In this document: in pieces, positions 1 through 12,804 of the stretch | Layout: the number at the start of each line of letters is the position of its first letter | Position numbering within the stretch: the stretch's first letter is position 1 | Assembly (NCBI RefSeq): GCF_009914755.1 | Contig: NC_060936.1 | Strand: one strand, 5' to 3' | From: the human T2T-CHM13v2.0 reference genome, Homo sapiens | Length of the DNA stretch: 64,000 nt | Position numbers and translations under genes: made by a program | The notes under the pieces: model-generated | The model's database searches: none | What the model was told of the DNA's origin: nothing | Seen by the model: the letters and a program-made list of their open reading frames with translations, nothing else

Positions 1-659
1 TCTCCTAGCACATCACACCTGTTCTCTGTGGTGAGACACATGAAGTAGACAGTGTTATCTCTATGTTACAGATGAAGAAACTGAGGCACATATCTCCTCA
101 TGTGCAGTGCTGCTCCTACTACCCTGAGCCACCAATGCTGAAATCCTCAGCCTAAAACACATAGACCCCACGATGCAGACTGTCTTTCTGATGATACATG
201 ATGTAGCAATTTTTAAAAGAAAGGGAGCCACTCTGCTCCTATAGCAGAATAACAGTGGATCAGGATCAGAGTGACCCGGATTTTCCACAGTGTAGAGTGG
301 CCTCGTACTCTGGGTGGAAGCCCTGGGGCAAGTGAGTGGTAGGGCAGATGCAGGGGGCTCTCCTCCAGCTCATCCCCAGGCTGCCTGCTCCTTCCTCTCT
401 CTAATTCCTTCCTTTTCTCTTCTCAGACAACTAAGGTGGGTGGCCGTGGAGTGCAGGGAGAGTGAGCACCCCCCAGCTCTCCTCACCCAACCTCCTTGGC
501 CTCCTCCCATACTGAGCACCCGCTGAAGGACAAGGGCTGAATATAGTCTTCAGGCCAAGAGCCCAGCAGCCATGCCCGGTGCAGAGCAGGTTGCATGTAT
601 AACTAATGAGTGAGGCAGAGGGAGGGAGGGAGCGAAGGAGTGAAAGAGCCAAGGATCCA

Positions 660-850
660 AGTTCTGGTTCTGCCTTCACAGGCAGGCTACTCAACCCTCC
701 GAGACTCGGTCTACTTATCTGTAAAATGGGAGCAACGCCAAGTACTTCTAGGGTGGCTGCAAACTGTTAAATCAGATGAGACTTGGGAAAGTGTCTGTGA
801 AGTGGATTTAAGATCCCAGTGCAGACATAGGTTAAGGAGTTTGCTGAGCC
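660..850 (+). mobile_element. MIR SINE fragment
   Basis: Core ...tatctgtaaaatggg...ttaaatcagatgag. Confidence 0.7.
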
Positions 851-920
851 CTGCTCTGGGAATTGAAGCAGAAAATGGGAGAAGCAGAATGCAAAGTTAA
901 AGATGCCCAAATACAAATGC

Positions 921-1200
921 CACACTCACATTCACTGCACACACTCTCACATACCCCATAGGCACACACAGGCACATATACATGCCACACACATGCACAC
1001 ACACCTCACACACACAACATACCACACATGCACATATAAATACACACATGTCCATATGCACACAACACACACTCACATATACACCCCCCACATGAGCACA
1101 CCACACACGCATATGCAAACACATCACACACCTCACATAGACACACACATGCCTACACATACACCCACCCACCCACACACACACACAAACACACACATAT
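921..1200 (+). repeat. Degenerate (CA)n tract
   Basis: Long interrupted cacacaca/catacaca array. Confidence 0.95.
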
Positions 1201-1577
1201 GGCCTCACAGCTCAGTACACCCTAAGCTTATCAGTCTCTGATGAATCCCTTCCCTTTGGGCTGGCGGCCCTCAGAAGCCCTGGACAGAAAGCCAGCACCC
1301 AGAGGCTCCCCTGCAGACACAAACATGCCAATCCCTGTAATACACCAGACCATGCAACAGAGCACCAGGGAGGAAAAGAGGGAACAGAGGCAGCTCTTTC
1401 CAGAAGTGGACAGGGACAGTTGTCTCACTCAGGTGAGACACTGAGCTGTAAAGCAATGCATAAAAAGGACAGCTGTCTGATCTTAACAATCCTGGGAACC
1501 GTTTACATGGGATCATGTTAGCATGAGAAGAATGCCAAATGGTAGGTACACCCCTGCTAGCAGGCAGGGAAAACATA

Positions 1578-1752
1578 TTTGTGTGTGCGTGCATGTGGGT
1601 GTGAGCTTGTGAGTTGCATGTGCATGCCTGCATGGCATGTGCACATGTATTTGTGTGAGTGTGCATGTGGGGAGGCTGTGTGTGTGTATCTGCAAGCATA
1701 TGTGCACTTGTGGGCAAAGGCGTGTATGTGCATGTATAAGTACGTGTGTGTT
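1578..1752 (+). repeat. Degenerate (TG)n tract
   Basis: Interrupted tgtgtg/tgcatg array. Confidence 0.9.
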
Positions 1753-2115
1753 CAGGAAACTCACAAGAGAGACTGGGGGAGAGTTTAATGTTCATGAGCT
1801 TCTCTCTTCCTGCAGTTTAAGTCATCATGCAACACCACCAACAGACTTTTTCAAAGCTAGGCACGGGCTGGGCGGGGGCCAAGGCAGATGTTCTGAGTCC
1901 CAGAATCTCTGACCCGCATCAGAGCGGCCTGTCCTGCCCAGCACAGCCTGGGTGGTGGATTCCACCATGCTGCAAGCCAGGCCAGGGAAAAATAAATCAG
2001 ACTTTCTCCTGGGAGCTTCACTGGCTTCGTGGGGTCTGTCTGAACCACAGGGCTTCCCACCACGCCCTTCCCTGAATCCCAGCGCTCCTGTCAAATTAAA
2101 GAAAGAACCACTCAC

Positions 2116-2294
2116 CGCCTGAAAGCCAGCCAATGAGGTGATTATTCCAATTTTCCTGGAACGAGCTTTCCACACTTTCACAGGCTGGAGCCATCGGCGG
2201 CCCAGGCTCCCACCTCTCCAAGCTGCTCTCACGCCCCCTGCGGCTCCTTTCAAGTTAAGTCACCACTACGTGAAGTTATACTTCAGAGCAGCCG
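2116..2294 (-). other. Candidate alternative exon (179 nt) of the minus-strand gene
   Basis: Acceptor cctctccgccctcctgtgtcctttctcag|C and donor GCG|gtgagt. ATG at 2194 (gccgccgATGG) is open to the donor: MAPACESVESSFQENWNNHLIGWLSG, phase 1, with an in-frame stop upstream. Confidence 0.55.
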
Positions 2295-4335
2295 CTGAGA
2301 AAGGACACAGGAGGGCGGAGAGGCTGGGGCAGAGCACTCACGATCTACCTCAGGCAAATGCAGCCAGGCTGGAGGAGCCGGCCTCTCTCCTCAAAAGCCA
2401 GCTTGGCTCTGGCTGTTCTTTTGACTTTTGGGCTTGGTAACTGAACACACACTTGCATTGCCCTGAGCTCACACGAAAGCCCTCAGGGCAGAGGAAGCCC
2501 AGCAGCAACGGCAGGGCCGGGTGCCTCCCATAGAGGCTGAGAGCAGAGATGACGATCAGGTGCTGCCACTTGTGGGCTGGCCTTTAAGGTGTCACATCAG
2601 ATTTTCCGCTCACTAGCAAACCAAAACCAAACTAAACAAAACTAGCACATGGCCTCCCCGCCCATCACATAACTCGTAAACCCATCAGAATTCCCAGCAA
2701 CCAACCAGAATCCAGATGCCCGTAATGTTGTTAAGAAGCCTGCACACCGCCCAGATGCCAGGAGGGTCTGGGTGATTCTCCAGCCCCAAAGCAGAGGAAG
2801 AAACAGCACAGACCTGTGCAGACACAAAAGCATTCCTCTCATCCTGCCCAGTTGTAACCCATCTGATTGCTCAAAGAGAAGCACCAAGAATTGAGGGTCT
2901 CTGGGGGGCTCAAAGGCAGTTTTAAAGAAACAGGGCTTTGGGGAGATAAACATAGTTTAAAGATGCCCAACCACAGAACCACACAGGGAGTCCTGTCTCA
3001 GGCCACCTTCAAGGCTCTGATGCTGTTATTAAAACAATCTGACAGAGAGAATGCTGAAACAAAAAACAGAATCCAATCAGGTGCTCATGAGGCTGAAGTC
3101 CTATATTCAACTATTCACTTTGTGAGCCAATTCTGGTCCCACCCTCAATCCCCACTGCACCCTGAGACACAGACACATACTGGAACATCTAGACTTCTCT
3201 GCAGTCAGCCCTCCAAGTTGAGTGCCTCTTTCAGAGTTGACTATGGGTTCCCTGGTACCTGAACTCTGAAGCTCCCTGGTGAGTCAGACAGGGCTACTTG
3301 GTGTAACACTTCCTATTTAAAGATCAGAGAGGGGTTACTCTCAGACACCATTCAAACCCATAACTTCTAAGAACTGGGTGCTAAATCCGGTTTCTTTGGC
3401 CCTCACTTTCCATCAACACGGGAGCTGTTCTTGTTGACAACCAGGGGTTCTTTTTTCCATTGCCTGCTGCACAGGAAGCAGAGGTCACGGTGGGAGCTGC
3501 CTGTGCCGGGCATGGGTCGGAGTGTGTCTCCCCGGGCTGCGCTGCTGAGGGGTTAGCCTCACAGATTCCCTCTGGGAAAGCCACTTAAGAGTCATTCTGA
3601 ATGCATCTACTGGGGATGGGGAAGAAATGATGCAGAATGTTGACCCACTGGGCAGCAGGCTTGAAATCCTGCCTGACCAAACTGTGCCGAGGGGCTGTCC
3701 CAAACAGATGGTGCTATCCAGACAGACACACTGGCAGGGCCGCTCTGCCTGAAGCCAGCCAGCAGACGATCCTCCCTACACCACCTTCTTGGAAATCTTG
3801 GTTATGGGGGATATCGGGGTGGGGAGGGACACCCCTTGTTATCAGGGGTGGAGAGGGACAAAACATTTCCTCACTGAACTCTCATTTTCAGATAATGAAG
3901 GATTGGTCAGAGAGACAGCCAACGTGTGGCCAACAATCACCACTCCAGAGCCCTGCCCCATCTAGGGCGCACGTGCATGCCTCTGAATTTCCTCCCCTTT
4001 CCTTGGTCCAACCACAGTCCAGGAAAGCAGATTTTCTATGCCCCGTGGCAATCACAGTGGAAAATGGAAGTACAATGGAGTGCTGTACCTACCCAAGCAC
4101 CAGGAGGCAGGAGTCGAGCTACTCACAGACTCCCTAGAGGAGAACTCCACGCACCCAAACTCTGCTGTGCCCCCTCTGAGTTCTGAGCATGCCAGGTGAG
4201 GCCTCTCCCTCTCTCTCTCCCTCCATCCCAGCTCTTCGGAGAGAAAGCAAGCAGCCCGCGTGACCAGACAGAGCCTTCCTTGCTAATAAACCCATCCTGA
4301 GGCTGTGACATGTTTCAGAAGGAGCAGAAAATTAC

Positions 4336-4520
4336 CTTTTAGGAAGCCAATGTGAGGGAAGGGGTGGGGGGACAAAGTATCAGAGCCAGGAGGTGTGCAC
4401 CACAGGAGCCAGGCTGGGGTCGCGCAGCAGCCTCCCATCCCTGCAGAGGTCCGCTGAGCTCCCCATGCTGCCGGCCTCAGGGGGCCGCCCCCAGCACGCA
4501 GCTCTCCCAGCAGCCCATGC
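4336..4520 (-). other. Candidate alternative first or internal exon
   Basis: Donor AAG|gtaatt at 4336; possible acceptor tgtcctctgtctccag| at 4520. Could extend to about 4680 if it is a first exon. ATGs at 4518, 4466 and 4438. Confidence 0.45.
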
Positions 4521-5100
4521 CTGGAGACAGAGGACACTGAGGAGCACGCGTGTCCCCAGGATGGGTGGACGGAGGAGCTGGGAGACTGGGCAGGGATGCC
4601 GGAGGAAGGGAGAAAGGCAGGCCGGAGAGGAAGGGGTGGGGAGCGGAGAGGGAGGGCGGGAAGGAGGGAGAATTGATTTTCTCTCCTCCACTGGGACCAC
4701 TGAGCTGAGTTGCCATGGAGAAAGGGGAGCCGCTGGCAGAGCCCAAGGCGGGCGGAGGAGCCATATGCCAGAGGGAAGGCATCAGCAGAGAGCCAATCCC
4801 ACAGTTCTGCTGCTGCAGCCTCCCCCATACCAGGCCTCAGGGTCCAGGTGGCCAGGCGGGGAGGGGTACCGGCCAGACCGGTGGGCAAAAGCAGCAGCTG
4901 GTGGCCACCACCATGCCAAGGAAAAGGGAGGAGATGGGGGCTTTCTCGCCTGGCTCGTGGTGCTCCGCTGCCCCAAGAGCCTGGGCCCTCCGTCTCACGC
5001 CACGATGCCCAGCCAGAGCCTGAAGTCGGGACCCCAGAGACTAAAGTGACCCTCTCCCCGGGCTTAGGTGATACCTTGTGTTAGGGGAGGCGTTGTGGAT
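4400..5100. promoter_or_regulatory. GC/CpG-enriched promoter-like region
   Basis: Local CpG enrichment; RFX-like GTTGCCATGGAGA (4709-4721); GC box ggcgggcgg (about 4747); CCAAT (about 4793); G-run cluster 4633-4669. Confidence 0.6.
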
Positions 5101-5875
5101 TTCCACCTGCCCGGCCTCCCTGTTTCTAAAAATCTGTTGCCAAATCCTGAGTCACATCTTCCCACCCTCAGGGATAAGGGGATACCCACCTATGGAAGGG
5201 CTCCGATGGCCCAGTGCCACCCATGTGGGAAGCAGAGGAGAAGGGAGGCTGCTGGGCACAGCAGGGGGAGGGGGCTCTCCTGGACACACTGGCAGGTGGA
5301 TGGGGACTCCCAGGCTCCCCACGCTGGGTGGCATCTCCCATCACGCCTGTGCCAGCCTCACTGCTGCAGCTGCCCACGTCCCAGCTTCGATACTGGCTTC
5401 AGCCACCTGGCCCCACTCATACTGGGAGCAGCGAAATGGGGCTGGGAAGAAAGCCACGAGACCTCAGTGGGGTCGCAGTCTCTCTTCTTGGAGATCACAT
5501 GACCAGGGGCAAGTCTGGTCACTTCCTTGAGCTTCTATCTCCTTATTACAGACAGAGATGATACCACGTTCTACCAACTGGCACTCCCAGGCACTCAGAC
5601 GTGGCAGGACTTGGGGAAGGCTCAGGGCAGGCACTAGTGCTGTCCTGGGCCCATCTCAGGAGCTGCGGTCTCCTTAGGGCTGGGAGCACAGTAGCAGCAT
5701 CCTCCAGCCTCCTATCTCTCCCTGCTCACTTGGTAGACTCCTCAGGACTAAAACTACAGCAGGTCTGCATCCGGCACCAGAGCCTACCAGGCCCAGCTGC
5801 CCTGACACAGAGACATCTAAGTTGGGGCACAGCCCAATCCCATCGCTTTCTCCCTCAGTGTTTTATTTCACTTCT

Positions 5876-6766
<891 letters not shown>

Positions 6767-6930
6767 TTTTTTTTTTAAGACACAGGGTCTCACTCTGTTG
6801 CCCAGGCTGGAGTGCAGTGGTGTGATTATAGCTTACTGCAGCCTCGACCTCCTGGATTCAAGTGATTCTCCCACCTCAGCCTCCTGAGTATCTGGAAATA
6901 CAGGCCAGGGTCATGCCACTGTGCTCAGCT
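6767..6930 (-). mobile_element. AluJ right arm
   Basis: gacacagggtctcactctgttgcccaggctgg...cagcctcgacctcctgg. Confidence 0.9.
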
Positions 6931-7384
6931 TCTCACTTTTAAAATGAAGTCTTCAGAGCCCAGTGAAATATTCCAGAGCCCCTCCTAAGGGATTTGTTCC
7001 CAAAGTTGCAGGCCCAGAGGCCCCAAACTGAGTGCTCATCTCACCCTGCCTTTCCACTAAAGCAATGCTCCCCATGGGTGACCAAGTAAGGGAGGCTCCA
7101 GCTGGCCCTGGGGCCCAAGGCAGAGATCCTAAAAGCCTGTGTGTAGCCCACAAGTGGGCCTCCAGCCTCCTCCAACCCATCCCAGGTAAGCAGTCAGCTG
7201 GGCAGGGAGACACATGCATGTGCCAACCCCACACCCATGCTTTGAGATCAAATGAAACCCGGTGCCAGGACCACTGGCACTCACTGACTACGTGACTAGC
7301 CAGTCATCACCCCTCTCTGAGCTTCAGCTTCTTCAGCTGTGAATGGGGCAACAATCTCTACCCCATGGGTTTGCTCTAGAGATG

Positions 7385-7595
7385 ATGCTGGCGCCACCCA
7401 ATAGAACTTTCCCCAGTGATGAACATGTTACACACCTGCACTATCCAGTGCAGCTGCCGTGACCTGCCACTGGCCCCAGGTGGCTACTAAGCACTTGAAA
7501 TGTGATGAATGGGAGTGGGAAATAGAACTTTTCCATTTTATTTCACTTTAATTTATAATTGAACTTAAATAGTCACACTAGACTGGTGGTCAGTT
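7385..7595. mobile_element. MER3-like hAT DNA transposon remnant
   Basis: ccaatagaactttc...gtggctactaagcacttgaaatgtg...aacttaaatagtcac. Confidence 0.75.
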
Positions 7596-8939
7596 CTAAG
7601 GCCTGAGGAGATGACAAGTGTAAAAGGACGCATGGTCCAGGCCCAGACCTAGCTCCTGGTCTCTTCCCTCAACCCCTCCTCTCCTACTTACCCCACAGTG
7701 TCTGGGCAGGGGAGCAGGCTCTGTCCACAGCCTAGCTCCAGAGGCACCTCTAAAAGGAGAGAAGGTGGATGGTGGGGCTCTCAGGGAACAGCATAGATAC
7801 CAACTGGGGAGTGGGCACCATAGACTCCATAATGACGTGGGTCTGGAACTGCAGGCCTCTCCTCTGCCCTGTTCTAGAACCCCTCAACTGCTGTTTCCCC
7901 TAGCAACTCCTGCGGTTATCCCTGGAATGTCTGGGCAGGGGCTGTAAAATTGGAATAGGTCCCCCCCCACTCCTTAATGTGGTGGCAGAGACCCCTGAGG
8001 GGAAATGCAGAGGGCCTTGGTTCTCGGCTGGGCTGTGGAGCTGGGCACTCAGGGAGTTTCACATAGCCACGAAGCTGCTTTCTCAGGCTCCTCTGGCAGG
8101 GAGCGTCAGGATGAGAATCCAGACCTGACTGCCACCCAGCCCTCTCACTTCGCAGATGCAAAAATCCAGACTCAGAAAGGGAGGTAACTTCTCCAACAGG
8201 GCGGGGTCTGAAGCCCAGGGTCCCGACCCCACCAAGCTGGCCCTGCAGGAGCCTCCTGAGAGGTGTCTCGGGAGCAGACCCAGGGGAAGGGGGCACTGTG
8301 CACTCTTGCCGGGTAGGCAAAAGTCTGTCTGCTTCTTGGCAGCTGTGTGGCTTCAAAGCCCAGACAGCAGGGACTGAAGACTGAGCAAGCCACCCCTCTC
8401 CTGTCCCAGACCCACCTGAACCCACCAAAGCTGGGAAAGGAGGGGTAGTGGAGACTCCAGAAAAACAGGAAAAATTTAAACTCAACCACTAAGTAAAGCA
8501 TCATTAACTCCTGTTGTGCTGAGCCCACAAACAGGTAGGAGTCATGCAGAGGTGGGAGCTGTAGCTGAGGATGGGCCTGTACCCCCACCCTGCAAAGCCT
8601 TCTCCTGGCTCCCTCAACAGACTGGCCAGAAGGACCAGGACATGCTCAAAGCCCTGAATGGCCTCTCTCCACCCACTCAGAGTGAGGGCCTGCAGGCTCT
8701 GCCCTGCCACCTCTCCGCCCTGGCAAGGCCGTGGGCAAGTTCCTGCCTTGGGGCATCTGTACTTGCCACTCTCCCTCCCCTCTGCTCAAGGGCCCCTTCT
8801 CACTAAGGCCTTCCTTGACACCCTGATGTAAAACTTGGCCCTGACTCTAACCCTGGCATTCCTCTGACCCTTTCTAATTTTCTTCAGAGCGTTGATCGTT
8901 ATCTAGTACCCGACTTACTTTTCTTTCTTCTTTCCTTTT

Positions 8940-9590
8940 TATTTTAAAAATTGTACATGTAACATAAAATTTACCATCTTAGCCATTTCTTTATTTTCAT
9001 TTTTTTGAGACAGAGTCTTGCCCAGGCTGGAGTGCAGTGGCACGATTTCAGCTCACTGCAACCTCTGCCTCCCGGTTCAAGCGATTCTCATGCCTCAGCC
9101 TCCAAATAGCTGGGAATACAGGCGCCCACCACCATGCCCGGCTAATTTTTATATTTTTAGTAAGACGGGGTTTCACCATGTTGGTCAGGCTGGTCTCAAA
9201 CTCCTGACCTCAACTGATCCGCCCGCCTTGGCCTCCCAAAGTGCTGGGATTGCAGGCGTGGCCACCGTGCCTGACCCATCTTAGCCACTCCCAAGTGCAC
9301 ACAGTTCTATGGCATTAGGCACATTCACATTGTTGTGCAACATCCCCACCATCCTTCTCCAGAACCAATTCACCTTCCCCAGCTGAACTCTACACATTAA
9401 ACAATAACTCCCCATTCCCTCTTCACCAGCCCCAGCACTCACTGTTCTACTGTCTGTCGCTGTGCATTTGACAACTCTAGGGACCTCATCATATAATCAT
9501 GGTAAGTGGAATCATACAGTATTTGTCCTTCTGTGTCTGGCTTCTTTCACTGAGCATGTCTTATGGGTTCATCCATGTGTCGTAGCATGT
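8940..9590 (-). mobile_element. L1MB-type fragment interrupted by AluS (9000-9276, minus)
   Basis: L1 3' UTR motifs on both sides; Alu TSD ccatcttagcca. Confidence 0.85.
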
Positions 9591-9605
9591 TCTTTTTAAA
9601 ATATT

Positions 9606-9748
9606 GCCTGCCCAGGCACAGTACAGTAGCATACGCTTGTAGTCCCAGCTACAGGAGGCTGTGGTGGGAGGATTGTTTGACCCAGGAGTTTGAGCCCAGC
9701 CCCCTTGGGCAACATAGTGAGACCCCATCTCTAAAAAAAAACAAAAAA
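9606..9748 (+). mobile_element. FLAM monomer
   Basis: Single Alu arm ending gaccccatctctaaaaaaaa. Confidence 0.8.
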
Positions 9749-10379
9749 GTTTTTAACTCTCTGTCTCTCCTACTAGAATGGAGTCTCTACGAGGGCAGGG
9801 ATGTTGGTTGGCTGTATCCTCGGGCTGGAAGAGCACTGGCACGCAGCAGGCACTGAATAGAATTTCTAAATATACAAACGGATGAACCAATGGATGGATG
9901 GATGAATGAAGACCCTGTATAGGTCAATGCCTCAAATGTCTGTGCCTGGCCTGGAGTTATGTCCCTCACCCCCACTGTAGACTAACTCCTGGTCCCACCC
10001 TACGGCTTTGGAACTGAAGCCACAGGCCTACCATCCCTGAGAGGTAGCGGTGCTCAGCGTGGCAGGACGCCCCACTTGATGGTAGGCTTCTCCCAGATGG
10101 CTAACTGCTTCGAGTCTTTCCCCCAGATGTAACATGTCTATGGGAGGATTATGACATGGGTAGATGAGAGTCCCCAGCCATGGAGGTGACAATGTGCCCT
10201 GGAGCCTCACAAGGCAGCAGCCACCAGGAAGAGGCATGGAGGCCAGGAAGGTCCTGGAACACCAGAATTTGGCCAACAGAGCCTGAAGCCAGCACATCGT
10301 GGAGGGGCAGCAGCCTGGGGGCATTCGGGAGACCTGGAGATGTGGCAGCTGGCCAGGAGCTGGGGTACAACCTTGACAA

Positions 10380-10860
10380 TCACTAACCTCTCACTTCCTC
10401 GTCCTGCCAGGCTATTTATAGCCTCCCTCTCTCTGAAAACTCCTTCACCCATTTTTCTGAGCTTAACAAGCTTGGTGAATTGAAATCAGGTGGACCACCT
10501 CCCCAACCTCAGCAAGCCTGCTGGGGTGACTGCACTCAGGCCAGGCCTGCTGGCAGCTCCTGCTCCATGACAGGGACCCTTGAGGGCCTGCTGAGAGTCA
10601 CAGGGTTGGGGTGACCCCGGGAAGGTGGCATCTAAAGAGAGGGCAGCAGCTGGGCACCCAGGCAGACCTCAGCCAGAGATGCTGGACGATGGTGACCCCA
10701 GAAGGGCTCAGCTCACCCCAGGCCTCCTCCCTGCTTCAGGAAAAACAAACAGATTGGGACAGTGGAAAAACAGCTGTACCTTTAAATTATCTGGCCCACA
10801 GATATGAAAAACATTTGCATGCTGAAGCTGTTTGCATCTTCGGTTATTTTTAGGGTGAAC
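10380..10860. promoter_or_regulatory. Candidate MEF2/octamer/ETS regulatory element
   Basis: CTATTTATAG 10412-10421; TTATTTTTAG 10844-10853; ATTTGCAT 10813-10820; cacttcc at 10392. Confidence 0.4.
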
Positions 10861-11904
10861 CCAGTTGCCTCCCCTTGGAACCAGATGAAGCCCCAGAGGC
10901 ACGTAGTCCTTTTTCCCAGACGGGGGTCCTGGTCCTGTTTCCCTGGGAATAAGGCTTGAGCATGAGCTCTCTGGGACCCAGCCCCCGACCAGAACCACAC
11001 CGTGCATTCAGGCTTGGGAGGAACTGGAGCACCAGGGAGCCAAGGCTGCAACTTTGAACATTTGCCACTGCTGACATCGTGGCCACCCACCTGGGGCCAG
11101 AAAGAGCCCCTCCGCTGCCCCCAGAGCATGGGTGAAGAGACGAACGCTTAGCCTACTACCTCCTCTCATGCCAGGCCCAGCTGATGGGAATATTTTGCTG
11201 AGATATTTCTAGCACCAGCAGCAATTAAAGCAGATTTTCTCTTCCACTCCCCTTCCCCAAAACAAGAATAAATCAGTTCTACCAATTTCCCAGCTAATGA
11301 TTTCCTCCATTAAATTAAAAAGAAGAAGAAAATGTTTTCTTAAATGGATTACCAGCCCTGTGCTTTCAGAGACCATGTGACCTGTCAACTCCTTTTAAAG
11401 TCTGATACATCAAAGTCCCTGAATTAATTTTTAATAAATAAAAAAGTCATAATCTAAGAAGCACCATCCCACACACCCCCCTCCCCCATCAAGGGTCAGC
11501 TCTGAGCTGACTCTGGGAAGCCAGCTTAATCGGGCCAAGTATGGCTCTTAATAGAGAACCAGATCCATTCCACAGATGGGAGAGACAAGGCTGAGAGATG
11601 TCAGGTGCCCAAGCACAGAAATCAGGCCCTGAGATGAACCTAGAGTTGTGGCATGCACCGTAGAGTGCTACATGTGGAACTGAGTCCTTGATTTCGAGGG
11701 GCACCTGTCTGGAGAGATGCAAACAGGTAGATCCAGGAGCTGAGGAGTAACTAAGTAGGTGTGAGCTAGCGCCATCTGCGTGACCCAGATGGGGGCTCCT
11801 GGGCAGGACCTGGGCTTCTCTTCCTCTTTTGCTCCCTGGCAGCACCTGGTATAGGGTCAGCACACAGTGCTGACATCCCCTTTGCTTCAAAAAGCCCACC
11901 CCCT

Positions 11905-12245
11905 ACAACACAGACAAACCTCAAAAACATGATGCTGAGCAAAAGAAGCCAGACACAAAAGGCCACATATTGCAAGACTCTGTTCCTATGAAACATCTAG
12001 AAGACGCAAATCCATAGAGACAAAGAGTACGGCAGAGGCTACTGGGGGTGAGGAAAAGGGTTGGGAGTTGTTAGTTAATGGGTGCAGTTTCTGTTTGGGA
12101 TGATAAAAAAAATTCTGGAAATGGATAGGGGTGATGGTTACACACATTCTAAATGTACTTATGCCAATGAACTATACGCATAAAAGTGGTTAACACAGAA
12201 AATTTTATGTTATGTATATTTTACCACAATAAAAAAAAATACAAG
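11905..12245 (+). mobile_element. L1MB 3' end with A tail
   Basis: aaaacatgatgctgagcaaaagaagccagacacaaaagg...ttttaccacaataaaaaaaa. Confidence 0.9.
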
Positions 12246-12804
12246 GAGAAAAAAGCCCACTCTCCAAAATGCAACTTGAAGATACAGGATGGCCAATAAC
12301 TCCACAGGGACAATGGTGGGACCCTCTGCAAACTGCCCCCAGACAGACTCAATGCTTAAAGCACAGCGCAGAGGCTCACAGGGCCTGTCTTGTCATGTAT
12401 GAACACCAGGGACCTTCAGAGAAGGGCTCTTTGTGTGAGCCAGCATGACTAAGCCAGGATGCCCTGTCTCCCTGGCGGCCAGCCAGATGCCACAGGGCAG
12501 GCAGGGGCTGAGAAGTCTCTGTGGACACCTCCCTGGAAGGCACCTCCTGGTCTCGGCATTCACTGCACCCTTTTCCTGAAATGCACTTCCCGATATTCCG
12601 TAACCTGCTTCCTACGTTTATTTAGGTTTTCACAGGGAGGTCCTCTCTGACCATCTACAGTTAGAAAAATACCGGGAAGGTTGCTGGAGCCAGGCAAGGT
12701 AGCCGTGAGCAAGAACAGGAAAGCCAGGGCCCCAACACTATGACATGCCAGCACCTTCCTGCTCCCTGGCTACAGAAAAGCAGCTTGCAGGGGGCATCAG
12801 GTCC

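Noticed and set aside
897-1795. His/Thr- and Cys/Val-rich ORFs
   Set aside because: Translations of CA/TG microsatellites.
4283-5084. Long overlapping ORFs (201 and 218 aa) as genes
   Set aside because: GC-rich stop-codon depletion, non-ATG starts in several, and no recognisable domain.
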